DNA of 32,000 bases from Microcystis aeruginosa NIES-2549 (GTDB taxonomy: Bacteria; Cyanobacteriota; Cyanobacteriia; Cyanobacteriales; Microcystaceae), in the NCBI RefSeq assembly GCF_000981785.2, contig NZ_CP011304.1, forward strand, positions 450,001-482,000, in the 5' to 3' direction. Within the stretch, counting starts at the first letter, position 1, and each line of letters begins with the position of its first letter. Made by a program: the position numbers and the translations under genes. The notes beneath the pieces are model-generated. The model made no database searches, was not told where the DNA came from, and was given only the letters and a program-made list of their open reading frames with translations. Positions 1 to 8,139 of this stretch are shown here, one piece after another.

Positions 1-1241
1 TTGAATTCACCACCAGTCTCGACGAGTACCAATATGATCCCGACGATGAACTGATCGAGGGCGATATCGACGAAAACAAGGTTTATACTGAATCCGACTT
101 TAACCGGATTATCGAGATCGAGGAACGGGAACGCCAAAGGGTAAAAATTTTTATGGAGGCGATCGACCAAAACGAGAAAACCCTGGTTTTCTGCGCCAAT
201 CAAGACCACGCCCTAGCCATTCGCGATCTGATCAATCAAATGGCTATCAGCAGCGATCCTAACTACTGCGCTCGCGTTACGGCCAACGATGGCAGCTTGG
301 GAGAAACCCACTTAAAAAAGTTTCAAGATAACGAGAAAAGGCTCCCCACCATCCTCACCACCTCTCGCAAACTCTCCACCGGGGTGGATGCTAGAAACCT
401 GAGAAATATCGTTCTACTGCGTCCGGTCAAATCGATGATCGAGTTCAAACAGATTATCGGGCGGGGGACGCGCCTTTTCGATAATAAAGACTATTTCACC
501 ATCTACGATTTTGTTAAAGCCCACGAAAACTTTAACGATCCCGAATGGGACGGGGAACCGCAGGAACCCGTCGTCATCGATCCGAGGCCGCGCCCCGAAC
601 CACCTGACGCGATCGAAGATCCTCTCGACGAGCCGGATCCTCTGCCGATACGCCAGAAAATTAAAATCAAACTGGCCGACGGCAAGGAACGAGAACTGGA
701 ACACACCCAGAGAACAACTTTCTGGAATGCCGACGGAAAACCGATCTCGGCCGAGGAGTTTATCCAGCAGCTTTTCGGGGATATTCCCGATCTTTTTCAA
801 GATGAAGCGGAATTGCGCCATCTCTGGGGCCGACCCGACACCCGCAAATCCCTGCTAACTGGACTCGCGGAAAAAGGCTACGGCGAGGAACAGCTACAGG
901 CGATCGCCCGGATCACCAACACGGAAAATAGTGATATTTACGACGTGCTGACCTATATCGCCTACGCAGCCAGACCCTTGACCAGAGAAGAGCGGGTAAT
1001 CAAGCACAAAGATTTAATTTTCTCGAAATACACGCGAAAACAACGGGAGTTTCTCGACTTTATTCTTGATCAGTATATTCGCTCTGGCGTTGGCGAGCTT
1101 GACCGGGAGAAATTGCCAAAACTGATCGAGATTAAATATCACACCATTAACGAGGCGATCTCCCAATTGGGAGAAATTCAAGAAATTAGCGGGGTATTTA
1201 TGAGTTTTCATGCTTATCTTTACTGGTCAGACGCGGCCTAA
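1..1241 (+). CDS. hsdR: Type I restriction enzyme R subunit (HsdR), C-terminal ~410 aa; the 5' end lies outside the window
   Basis: Frame 3 is open from base 3 into the listed ORF 153..1241, so the gene is cut by the window edge. Helicase C-terminal motifs LVFCANQDHA, TSRKLSTGVDARN and QIIGRGTRL are present. A Pro/Asp/Glu-rich linker follows, then an EcoEI_R_C-like tail (DIYDVLTYIAY, REFLDFILDQYI). Confidence 0.85.
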   Translation, partial: EFTTSLDEYQYDPDDELIEGDIDENKVYTESDFNRIIEIEERERQRVKIFMEAIDQNEKTLVFCANQDHALAIRDLINQMAISSDPNYCARVTANDGSLGETHLKKFQDNEKRLPTILTTSRKLSTGVDARNLRNIVLLRPVKSMIEFKQIIGRGTRLFDNKDYFTIYDFVKAHENFNDPEWDGEPQEPVVIDPRPRPEPPDAIEDPLDEPDPLPIRQKIKIKLADGKERELEHTQRTTFWNADGKPISAEEFIQQLFGDIPDLFQDEAELRHLWGRPDTRKSLLTGLAEKGYGEEQLQAIARITNTENSDIYDVLTYIAYAARPLTREERVIKHKDLIFSKYTRKQREFLDFILDQYIRSGVGELDREKLPKLIEIKYHTINEAISQLGEIQEISGVFMSFHAYLYWSDAA

Positions 1242-1322
1242 TCCCCCCTGCCACCCCATGACTGAACTTTCCCCAGCCATTGTTTACTGTTTACCGATCA
1301 CTGAAAAAGCTTGCCAACCCCG

Positions 1323-1733
1323 ATGAATAACCCCCCCGATAGTCCATTCAATTACACAGAGGCTTTTATTGCCCTAGGAACGAGTAATTTCGATCGCTCG
1401 GTGCAGTTTTATCGTCAACTGTTGCAACAGGAACCAAGCCCCTACCTTGCCGCCGTTTATGCGGAATTTAGGCTGATTAACCTTAAATTAGGTCTTTTTT
1501 GCCCTAAAGAGTCCCACAGAGAGGAATTTGGCGATTCTAGGGGCAGTGGCATGAGCATTTGTTTCGAGGTGGAGAGTCTCGAAAAAGCGATCGAGCATTG
1601 GAGCGAAATCGGCTATGGTGCTAGGGGAGAAATTAGCCAAGCTTCCCACGGTTCGGAAATCTACATCTATGATCCCGATGGTAATCGTTTAATTTTCCAT
1701 CAATCCACCGCTAAAACCAATCCTTTCAGGTAG
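1323..1733 (+). CDS. VOC (glyoxalase / bleomycin-resistance / dioxygenase) family protein
   Basis: Small single-domain protein with a VOC-like N-terminus (AFIALGTSNFDRSVQFYRQLL) and C-terminal strand (YIYDPDGNRLIF). The ORF track starts at TTG 1311; the ATG at 1323 is the more likely start. Confidence 0.65.
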   Translation: MNNPPDSPFNYTEAFIALGTSNFDRSVQFYRQLLQQEPSPYLAAVYAEFRLINLKLGLFCPKESHREEFGDSRGSGMSICFEVESLEKAIEHWSEIGYGARGEISQASHGSEIYIYDPDGNRLIFHQSTAKTNPFR

Positions 1734-2884
1734 GAACCTTCCGAGTGATAGATACTGGTGGGATGGTCCGCCGGTTGGCTTAAACGTGCTAAAATTCGCA
1801 CTGGGCGAGCCGATTCAATGGCGGCAGCCATGACAGCCCCCTGAAAATGTTCTTCGTTAACCACTTGGGAACAGGAAAAGGTGAAAATAATACCTTGGGG
1901 GCGAATTTTCTGGAAAGCTTGGTAATTTAATCTTTTATAAGCCATAACCGCCTGATGACGGGATTGGATACTTTTGGCAAAAGCGGGGGGATCGAGGACA
2001 ATCAGATCGTAATCCTCCTGACAGTCGCGCAGAAAGTTAAAAACATCGGCGCTGTAGGATTGATGGGGAACTTGACTGAGATTATTCAGGGCGATATTTT
2101 TTTCGGTAAGATCGATCGCACCGTGGGAACTATCAACGGAATCGACTAGGGCAGCCCCCGCTTGCATGGCATAGACAGAAAAGCCGCCAGAATAAGAAAA
2201 AGTGTTTAAAACCCGTTTATTATGGGAATATTGAGATAATAAAGCTCTGTTTTCTCTTTGATCGAGGAAAAATCCCGTTTTTTGTCCTTTTTCCCAATCA
2301 ATAATAAAGCGATGGCCGGATTCTAACACCTCATCGCTGGTTTTTTGACCAAATAAGTATTTATTCTCGGAAATATGGGCGCTTTTCGCCAAAACTGCGG
2401 CACTTTTATCGTAAACTGCCCGTAAATTGTCAGCGTAGATAGTTTTCAGACAATCGACAATCAGATCGAGACGTTGGTATAAAGCTAAGGAATAAGCTTG
2501 AATAACCGCCGTGCCATTGTACCAATCGACGATTAAACTAGGTAAACCGTCTCCTTCAGCGTTAATTAAACGATAACAGTTAGTTTTCGGGTTATCCACT
2601 AAACCGATTTGTTGCCGCAGCCGATAGGCATTCTGGAATTTTTCGAGAAATAATTGAGCAATATCGCTGACTTTTTGGAAAGAAAGAATTTTAACGGCAA
2701 TATTGCTAGGATTATACAGTCCAGTGGCTAGATATTCGCCTCGATCGCTATAAACCTCAACGATAGCACCCTCTTTGACTTCTCCCTCCATCTCTTTAAT
2801 CGCCCCGGAAAATATCCAAGGATGGAATCGTTTAACAGCATCAATTTTATGGTTTTTCAGGATAATTTTCGCTAAATCTGGCAT
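1700..2884 (-). CDS. PUA-domain class I SAM-dependent rRNA methyltransferase (RlmI-like)
   Basis: N-terminus RFHPWIFSGAI is typical of the RlmI/YwbD PUA module. A C-terminal SAM-MTase core is present (VLNTFSYSGGFSV, DLIVLDPPAF). ATG start at 2884. Confidence 0.8.
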   Translation of the reverse strand: MPDLAKIILKNHKIDAVKRFHPWIFSGAIKEMEGEVKEGAIVEVYSDRGEYLATGLYNPSNIAVKILSFQKVSDIAQLFLEKFQNAYRLRQQIGLVDNPKTNCYRLINAEGDGLPSLIVDWYNGTAVIQAYSLALYQRLDLIVDCLKTIYADNLRAVYDKSAAVLAKSAHISENKYLFGQKTSDEVLESGHRFIIDWEKGQKTGFFLDQRENRALLSQYSHNKRVLNTFSYSGGFSVYAMQAGAALVDSVDSSHGAIDLTEKNIALNNLSQVPHQSYSADVFNFLRDCQEDYDLIVLDPPAFAKSIQSRHQAVMAYKRLNYQAFQKIRPQGIIFTFSCSQVVNEEHFQGAVMAAAIESARPVRILARLSQPADHPTSIYHSEGSYLKGLVLAVD

Positions 2885-3070
2885 GGATAAAGAATCAGGG
2901 TTGATAGCTGACGGCTACTAGATAATTCTATTATCCCCTGCCGGCAGCACAAAACCATGGTTTGTTATCCCTCGATCGAGTGGCATCAAAGCAAGTCCCA
3001 ACAATCGAGGGATAATCAGAGGGAATTCTCGCCTATAATAAGTTAGATTTTAGCGATAGTCCCTCGACAA

Positions 3071-3865
3071 ATGCCAAGAAAAAGTGATGCTGCCAGTGGT
3101 TTAAGTTTATGGTTTCAGCGTTTGGGGGCTGCCGGTTTGTTAGCGGGACAAACTTTTTTACATATTCTTAATGGCAAAATCCACCGGCGTAATACTCTTG
3201 AACAAATGAGTATTGTGGGACCCGAATCCTTGACAATTGCCCTAATTACTGCTGCTTTTGTGGGTATGGTTTTCACTATTCAGGTAGCCAGAGAATTTAT
3301 TTTTTTTGGGGCGGGTAGTTTTGTTGGGGGAGTCCTTTCCTTGGCTTTAACAAGAGAATTAGCCCCAGTTTTAACCGCAGTGGTGGTGGCGGGAAGAGTT
3401 GGCTCGGCTTTTGCCGCCGAAATTGGTACAATGCGAGTAACAGAACAAATTGACGCTTTATATATTTTAAAAACCGATCCGATCGATTATTTGGTCATTC
3501 CCCGGGTGATTGCCTGTAGTTTAATGTTACCCCTGCTCACTATTATCTCTTTAGTCACAGGGCTACTGGGGGGTTTATTTATTTCCGATAGTCTTTACGG
3601 CATTTCCTATTCCCTATTTTTACAATCAGCCCAAAATTTTATGGAAACATGGGATTTAATTAGTTCTATGTTAAAGTCGCTAATTTTTGGGGTTTTAATT
3701 GCCATTATCGGTTGCAGTTGGGGTTTAACCACCACCGGCGGTGCTAAAGGAGTTGGTCAATCTACTACCACGGCTGTGGTAACTTCTTTATTAGCGATTT
3801 TTGTGGCTAATTTTTTCCTCTCTTGGCTGATGTTTCAAGGTACAGGTAATGCGGAAATCGGCTAA
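3071..3865 (+). CDS. mlaE: MlaE/Ttg2B-family ABC transporter permease (lipid transport; TGD1/ycf63-like)
   Basis: Signature LTRELAPVLTAVVVAGRVGSAFAAEIGTMRVTEQIDAL plus a multi-TM profile. Confidence 0.85.
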   Translation: MPRKSDAASGLSLWFQRLGAAGLLAGQTFLHILNGKIHRRNTLEQMSIVGPESLTIALITAAFVGMVFTIQVAREFIFFGAGSFVGGVLSLALTRELAPVLTAVVVAGRVGSAFAAEIGTMRVTEQIDALYILKTDPIDYLVIPRVIACSLMLPLLTIISLVTGLLGGLFISDSLYGISYSLFLQSAQNFMETWDLISSMLKSLIFGVLIAIIGCSWGLTTTGGAKGVGQSTTTAVVTSLLAIFVANFFLSWLMFQGTGNAEIG

Positions 3866-3867
3866 GA

Positions 3868-3900
3868 CAGTAATCAGTAATCAGTAATCAGTTATCAGTG
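3868..3900 (+). repeat. Heptamer tandem array (CAGTAAT)3-CAGTTAT-CAGTG
   Basis: Read directly. It begins 3 nt after the mlaE stop codon. Confidence 0.9.
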
Positions 3901-3981
3901 CCAAGAAAACGGCAATTTTTTACTTAATACCGCTCAGTAAAAACTCAAATCAATTTGGTCGAAATATCTATATTACATTTT

Positions 3982-4048
3982 GGGCGCACGCGATGCGCCC
4001 CTACCATTGGCGCAATAATATTATTGTAGGGGCGAATTGCATTCGCCC
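3982..4048. repeat. Composite REP-like palindrome cluster; candidate bidirectional terminator between convergent genes
   Basis: Hairpin GGGCGCA-cgcga-TGCGCCC (3982-4000). AT palindrome CAATAATATTATTG (4013-4026). Hairpin GGGCGAAT-tgc-ATTCGCCC (4030-4048). Outer CCCCTAC (3998-4004) pairs with GTAGGGG (4026-4032). Confidence 0.5.
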
Positions 4049-4062
4049 TCTTTTAATCACTT

Positions 4063-5436
4063 TTACTGCTCACCAATATGTGAGAGAAAGTCAGAGAAAG
4101 GATTGAGAGCAAGACAAGTTTTAATTAATTCCTCCACTCCCAGGACTGGATAAATAGGGACTCCTAATTGATTAATAACAGTTTCTAGGGTGAGATCATC
4201 TAAAAATACCGCTTCCCCATGCTTGAGCATGAGGGAGGGTAATAAAACCCCATCCCCAAGATTTTTACCTTGTAATCCTTTGAGAATATCTTGCCCAGTT
4301 AATAAACCCGTAACCGTGATTTCCTGCCCCCAATAATCACTATTTAAAGCCACTAATTCCACGGTTAAACCCTGCACCTTATTTAACTGTTTAACTAGGG
4401 GTTGAAAAGCTTGTTCTACCGCATTGCCCACTACCCATATTAACCGTCTAGAGGGACTAATTTGAGCAGGTAATAACTTCTTAGCTGTCTTCTGGAAATC
4501 CCTAATAAATTGACGAATCGAGCCAACTCCGTTACCGATTTGGGGATAGTCTTCGTAGTGAGATTGAGGGGGTAAATCGACTCGGGCAATTAAAAACCAT
4601 TCATCGGCTAACCATACCACATTACTGCCAAATTCTTGACGAAATTTTTTCTGTAAAGTTTGGACTTGTTCAATAACTTCTCGCGCTTTTTCTTGGCTAA
4701 CGGGAATTAATTCATCTTCTTGGGGACGAAAGCGGGTTAATCCCACCGGAACTACAGCAATCGACTCCACACAGGGAATATCTCCCCGATGAAAAGAAAC
4801 CAGATCTAACAGGGTTCTTTCGAGATGAATTCCATCATTAATATTGGGACAAACTACCACTTGTGCATGAATTTGTAATTGTCTGGCTTGTAGCCATTTT
4901 AAATGGTCTAAAATTTGACCAGCGCGGGGATTTTTTAAGAGACGAATTCTCAGATCGGGTTCCGTGGCATGAACGGACACAAAAAGCGGTGATATCCGCA
5001 TCTTTTCGATCCGCTGCCATTCTTTTGAGGTGAGATTAGTTAAGGTTAAATAACTGCCATAGAGAAAACTTAAGCGATAGTCATCATCTTTATAGTATAA
5101 AGTTTCTCTTTTGCCCTCTGGTTGTTGATCGATAAAGCAAAAAGGACATTTATTATTACACTGAATTAAGCCATCAAAAAGGGCAGTTTCAAACTCTAAA
5201 CCTAAGTCTTCATGATAATCTTTTTCGATTTTTACTTGGTGAGTTTTGCCCTGACTATCAAGCACTTCTAGGGTTAAAAATTCATCGGCACATAAAAATT
5301 GATAATCGATTAAGTCCCGGGGACGATTACCATTAATAGAGACGAGCGAATCCCCGATTTCAAAACCTACCTCGGCGGCGATCGAATCTGGGATGACACC
5401 ACTAATTTTAGCTGGACGAATAGTTAATTCACTCAT
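4063..5436 (-). CDS. DUF512 family protein with N-terminal PDZ-like domain and radical-SAM-like CX3CX2C motif
   Basis: PDZ-like segment IAAEVGFEIGDSLVSINGNRPRDLIDYQF, Cys motif CNNKCPFC, and a long conserved C-terminal region as in cyanobacterial DUF512 proteins. Confidence 0.8.
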   Translation of the reverse strand: MSELTIRPAKISGVIPDSIAAEVGFEIGDSLVSINGNRPRDLIDYQFLCADEFLTLEVLDSQGKTHQVKIEKDYHEDLGLEFETALFDGLIQCNNKCPFCFIDQQPEGKRETLYYKDDDYRLSFLYGSYLTLTNLTSKEWQRIEKMRISPLFVSVHATEPDLRIRLLKNPRAGQILDHLKWLQARQLQIHAQVVVCPNINDGIHLERTLLDLVSFHRGDIPCVESIAVVPVGLTRFRPQEDELIPVSQEKAREVIEQVQTLQKKFRQEFGSNVVWLADEWFLIARVDLPPQSHYEDYPQIGNGVGSIRQFIRDFQKTAKKLLPAQISPSRRLIWVVGNAVEQAFQPLVKQLNKVQGLTVELVALNSDYWGQEITVTGLLTGQDILKGLQGKNLGDGVLLPSLMLKHGEAVFLDDLTLETVINQLGVPIYPVLGVEELIKTCLALNPFSDFLSHIGEQ

Positions 5437-5541
5437 ATTTTTAGGTCGCCATCCAATTATTTAACTGCATTTCCCAGAGAGTCTTTGGCTGCGTTTTAAT
5501 ATTTGTCAAGTTAATTCTACAGCATTTTAAGGCGATCGCTG

Positions 5542-5874
5542 TTAGGGATTGGGGAAAAAACCAAAAAGTTTAGCAGCCCCTCCTAAAATGGCTACAACCA
5601 GAGCGATGAGAATCCCCCGATTGGTAAATTCCTGATAGGCAACTCTTGCAGTTAACCCTTTAATTTCTGTGGTTAGTCGCTGATCCAAGGCTTTAATCTC
5701 TCCTTTGAGTTCGACTTGTCCTATTTCCACTTTTGTCAACCGTTCTTCTATCTTATCAAATCTCTCATCTACCTTATCAAATCTCTCATCGATCCGTTTT
5801 TCCAGAGAGTCGATTTTCCCCTCAATCCTTGTCAAAACAGCTTCTAGGGAATAAGTGACGGTTTCGTTAGCCAT
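5542..5874 (-). CDS. Small tail-anchored coiled-coil membrane protein (XhlA/DUF1640-like architecture), function unknown
   Basis: AAGGAG Shine-Dalgarno sequence 8 nt upstream of ATG 5874. Heptad-rich N-terminus (IDSLEKRIDERFDKVDERFDKIEERL) and one C-terminal TM segment (ILIALVVAILGGAAKLFGFF). Confidence 0.6.
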   Translation of the reverse strand: MANETVTYSLEAVLTRIEGKIDSLEKRIDERFDKVDERFDKIEERLTKVEIGQVELKGEIKALDQRLTTEIKGLTARVAYQEFTNRGILIALVVAILGGAAKLFGFFPNP

Positions 5875-5947
5875 TTTCTGTCTCCTTTAGCTCTTCTGGA
5901 TTCACCATCGTGATCTCAATATCAGTATCGCTGATTTTTGCCTCCCA

Positions 5948-6066
5948 GTTTCAATCTCTAATAGGGGTTAAGATTAATGGGAACGCTGTAGGGTTGATTC
6001 ATGAATCAACCCTACAAAGTATTAATCTCTAATAGGGGTTAAGATTAATGGGAACGCTGTAGGGTT
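5948..6066 (-). CRISPR. Orphan two-repeat CRISPR-type mini-array (37-nt repeat, one 34-nt spacer); no cas genes in the window
   Basis: The minus strand 5984->5948 reads GTTCCCATTAATCTTAACCCCTATTAGAGATTGAAAC. The second copy, 6055->6019, is identical except for its 3' end (..GATTAATAC). The spacer is 5985-6018. Plus-strand segments 5953-5995 and 6024-6066 are a perfect 43-nt direct repeat with a 71-nt period. Confidence 0.5.
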
Positions 6067-6134
6067 CTGGGACTGCGGAGAGGCAAAAGGAGGAATAAAT
6101 AATCAATTTTTAATAACCGGATTTAGTATAATAG

Positions 6135-6162
6135 AAAAAAACCCATCTTTGTTCAAGATGGG
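6135..6162 (-). terminator. Rho-independent terminator of ftsH
   Basis: On the minus strand, CCCATCTT-gaaca-AAGATGGG is followed by T7. It lies 22 nt downstream of the ftsH stop. Confidence 0.75.
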
Positions 6163-6184
6163 GTAAGGCAAAAATCAAATCAAT

Positions 6185-8062
6185 CTAAACAGTAACAGGT
6201 TCTCGATCGAGGGGTTTAACGCGCTCGAGCAGTGCTTGCAATTGTTCCCCTTCAATCACCTCTTTACTGAGGATTTCTTGGGCAATTTCTTCGAGTAAAT
6301 CGCGATTTTGAGCAAGGATATCCAGGGCCTGCTGATGACCATTTTCGACAATCTCTTTCACTTCATTATCGATCGCTTTGGCCGTATCATCGCTCACCAA
6401 GCGCCGGGGATTCATCATGCCATCTCCCAGAAAACTATTCTGTTGACCTTTTTCGTAGGCTAGGGGGCCAAGGGTCTTACTCATACCATAGGTTGTCACC
6501 ATGCGTTCGGCCAAGTCTGTCGCCCGCTGCAGGTCATTAGCGGCCCCAGTAGTAATACTACCGAAGATAATTTCTTCGGCGGCCCGACCACCTAAAAGAG
6601 TAGCAATTTGGTCGCGTAATTCCGTATCATCCATAAGGAAACGGTCTTCAGTGGGCATTTGCAGGGTATAACCGAGGGCTGCCATGCCGCGAGGCACGAT
6701 CGAAATCTTGGCAACCTTACCACCCCCCGGCATAACTGCACCGACGAGAGCGTGACCAACTTCGTGATAAGCGACGATTTTCTTCTCTTTTTCCGAGAGA
6801 ACCCGGCTTTTCTTCTCTAAACCGGCCACTACCCGCTCGATTGCCTCATTAAAGTCCTCTTGGGCGACGGTGCTGCGTTGATTGCGGGCTGCCAATAAAG
6901 CGGCCTCATTGACTAGATTAGCTAAGTCAGCACCAGCAAAACCGGGGGTACGGGTAGCAATCTGTTTTAAATCCACATCCGAGCCTAATTTTACCTTACC
7001 TGCGTAGATTTCGAGGATTTTTAAGCGTCCAGCCAGATCGGGGCGATCAACTAACACTTGGCGATCAAAACGGCCGGGGCGTAAAAGGGCGGGATCAAGA
7101 GTTTCGGGGCGATTAGTGGCGGCCAGCACGATCACCGTCGCATCACCAGCGTTAAAACCGTCCATTTCCGTCAATAATTGGTTTAGAGTCTGTTCCCGTT
7201 CATCGTTACCCCCCATAAAATTACCGTTAGCGCGAGATTTACCGATCGCGTCTAATTCATCGATAAAAATAATACAGGGGGCTTTTTTCTTGGCCTGTTC
7301 AAACAGATCTCGCACTCGGGCTGCCCCTGCACCAACAAAGAGTTCCACGAATTCCGAACCTGAGATACTAAAGAAAGGAACCCCCGCTTCTCCTGCTACT
7401 GCTTTTGCCAGCAGGGTTTTTCCTGTCCCCGGCGGACCGACTAGGAGGACACCCTTGGGAATCCGCGCCCCGATTTGAATGTAACGTTGGGGATATTTGA
7501 GAAATTCGACGATTTCGGCTAATTCGGTTTTCGCTTCTTCCACACCGGCCACATCTTCAAAAGTGGTTTTGGTGGTGTCTCCTTCCACATAGACTTTAGC
7601 GCGACTTTTGGTAATCGAGAGGGCCCCGGCCGGACCACCGCCACCGCTGCGAGCGAGGAAAAATTGCCAAATACCAACAAAAATCAGGGGAGGAATCACC
7701 CAACTAAGGACGCTACCAATCCAGCCATTTTTTGGTGGTGGTGCGGCGGCGAATTCTACGCCCTTGGCTTCTAGACGTTTGGGCAATTCTAGGTCAAAAA
7801 TCGGTGTAGTGCTGAAAATTCGTCCGTAGTTGCCCTCTTGGTCGTTTTTAAGCTGATAACGAATCTCATTCTGTCCCACGGATACCCTAGCGACGTTGCC
7901 ATCTTCCACTTGGTCGATAAAAAGACTATAGGGAACTTTGGGGACGCTAGGGCCAAATAATTGCGGGAAAAGGAGGTTAACAATCAGAAATAAGCCGCCT
8001 ACGGCTAATAAAACATTACCGATCAGGCGAGATTGTGAAGGAGGTTTGCTTTTTATACTCAT
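6185..8062 (-). CDS. ftsH: ATP-dependent zinc metalloprotease FtsH
   Basis: Walker [14 protein letters not shown], Walker [10 protein letters not shown], second region of homology [19 protein letters not shown], and zinc motif HEVGHAL. Confidence 0.95.
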   Translation of the reverse strand: MSIKSKPPSQSRLIGNVLLAVGGLFLIVNLLFPQLFGPSVPKVPYSLFIDQVEDGNVARVSVGQNEIRYQLKNDQEGNYGRIFSTTPIFDLELPKRLEAKGVEFAAAPPPKNGWIGSVLSWVIPPLIFVGIWQFFLARSGGGGPAGALSITKSRAKVYVEGDTTKTTFEDVAGVEEAKTELAEIVEFLKYPQRYIQIGARIPKGVLLVGPPGTGKTLLAKAVAGEAGVPFFSISGSEFVELFVGAGAARVRDLFEQAKKKAPCIIFIDELDAIGKSRANGNFMGGNDEREQTLNQLLTEMDGFNAGDATVIVLAATNRPETLDPALLRPGRFDRQVLVDRPDLAGRLKILEIYAGKVKLGSDVDLKQIATRTPGFAGADLANLVNEAALLAARNQRSTVAQEDFNEAIERVVAGLEKKSRVLSEKEKKIVAYHEVGHALVGAVMPGGGKVAKISIVPRGMAALGYTLQMPTEDRFLMDDTELRDQIATLLGGRAAEEIIFGSITTGAANDLQRATDLAERMVTTYGMSKTLGPLAYEKGQQNSFLGDGMMNPRRLVSDDTAKAIDNEVKEIVENGHQQALDILAQNRDLLEEIAQEILSKEVIEGEQLQALLERVKPLDREPVTV

Positions 8063-8139
8063 TGCTGGGCCTGATTCATTAAAATTAGTCTCTATACTTT
8101 CCCCATTGTAGGCTGTTGACTGCTCAAGTTCAGATTGAA

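Noticed and set aside
414-858. Three ORFs (414-821 minus, 503-706 minus, 511-858 plus) inside hsdR
   Set aside because: They are entirely nested in or antisense to a well-supported HsdR reading frame. They have low-complexity Arg/Ser/Gly/Pro-rich composition and no recognisable domains, so they are shadow ORFs.
5948-6066. Calling this a functional CRISPR-Cas locus
   Set aside because: There are only two repeats and one spacer. One repeat has a degenerate end. The flanking 11 nt are duplicated along with the repeat. No cas gene lies within 32 kb. It is reported only as an orphan, CRISPR-derived mini-array.
7116-7983. Antisense or alternative-frame ORFs within ftsH (7116-7478, 7608-7829, 7789-7983)
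   Set aside because: They overlap the highly conserved FtsH AAA+ region. Their composition (Pro/Arg/Ser/Ala-rich) is typical of antisense translation of a coding sequence.
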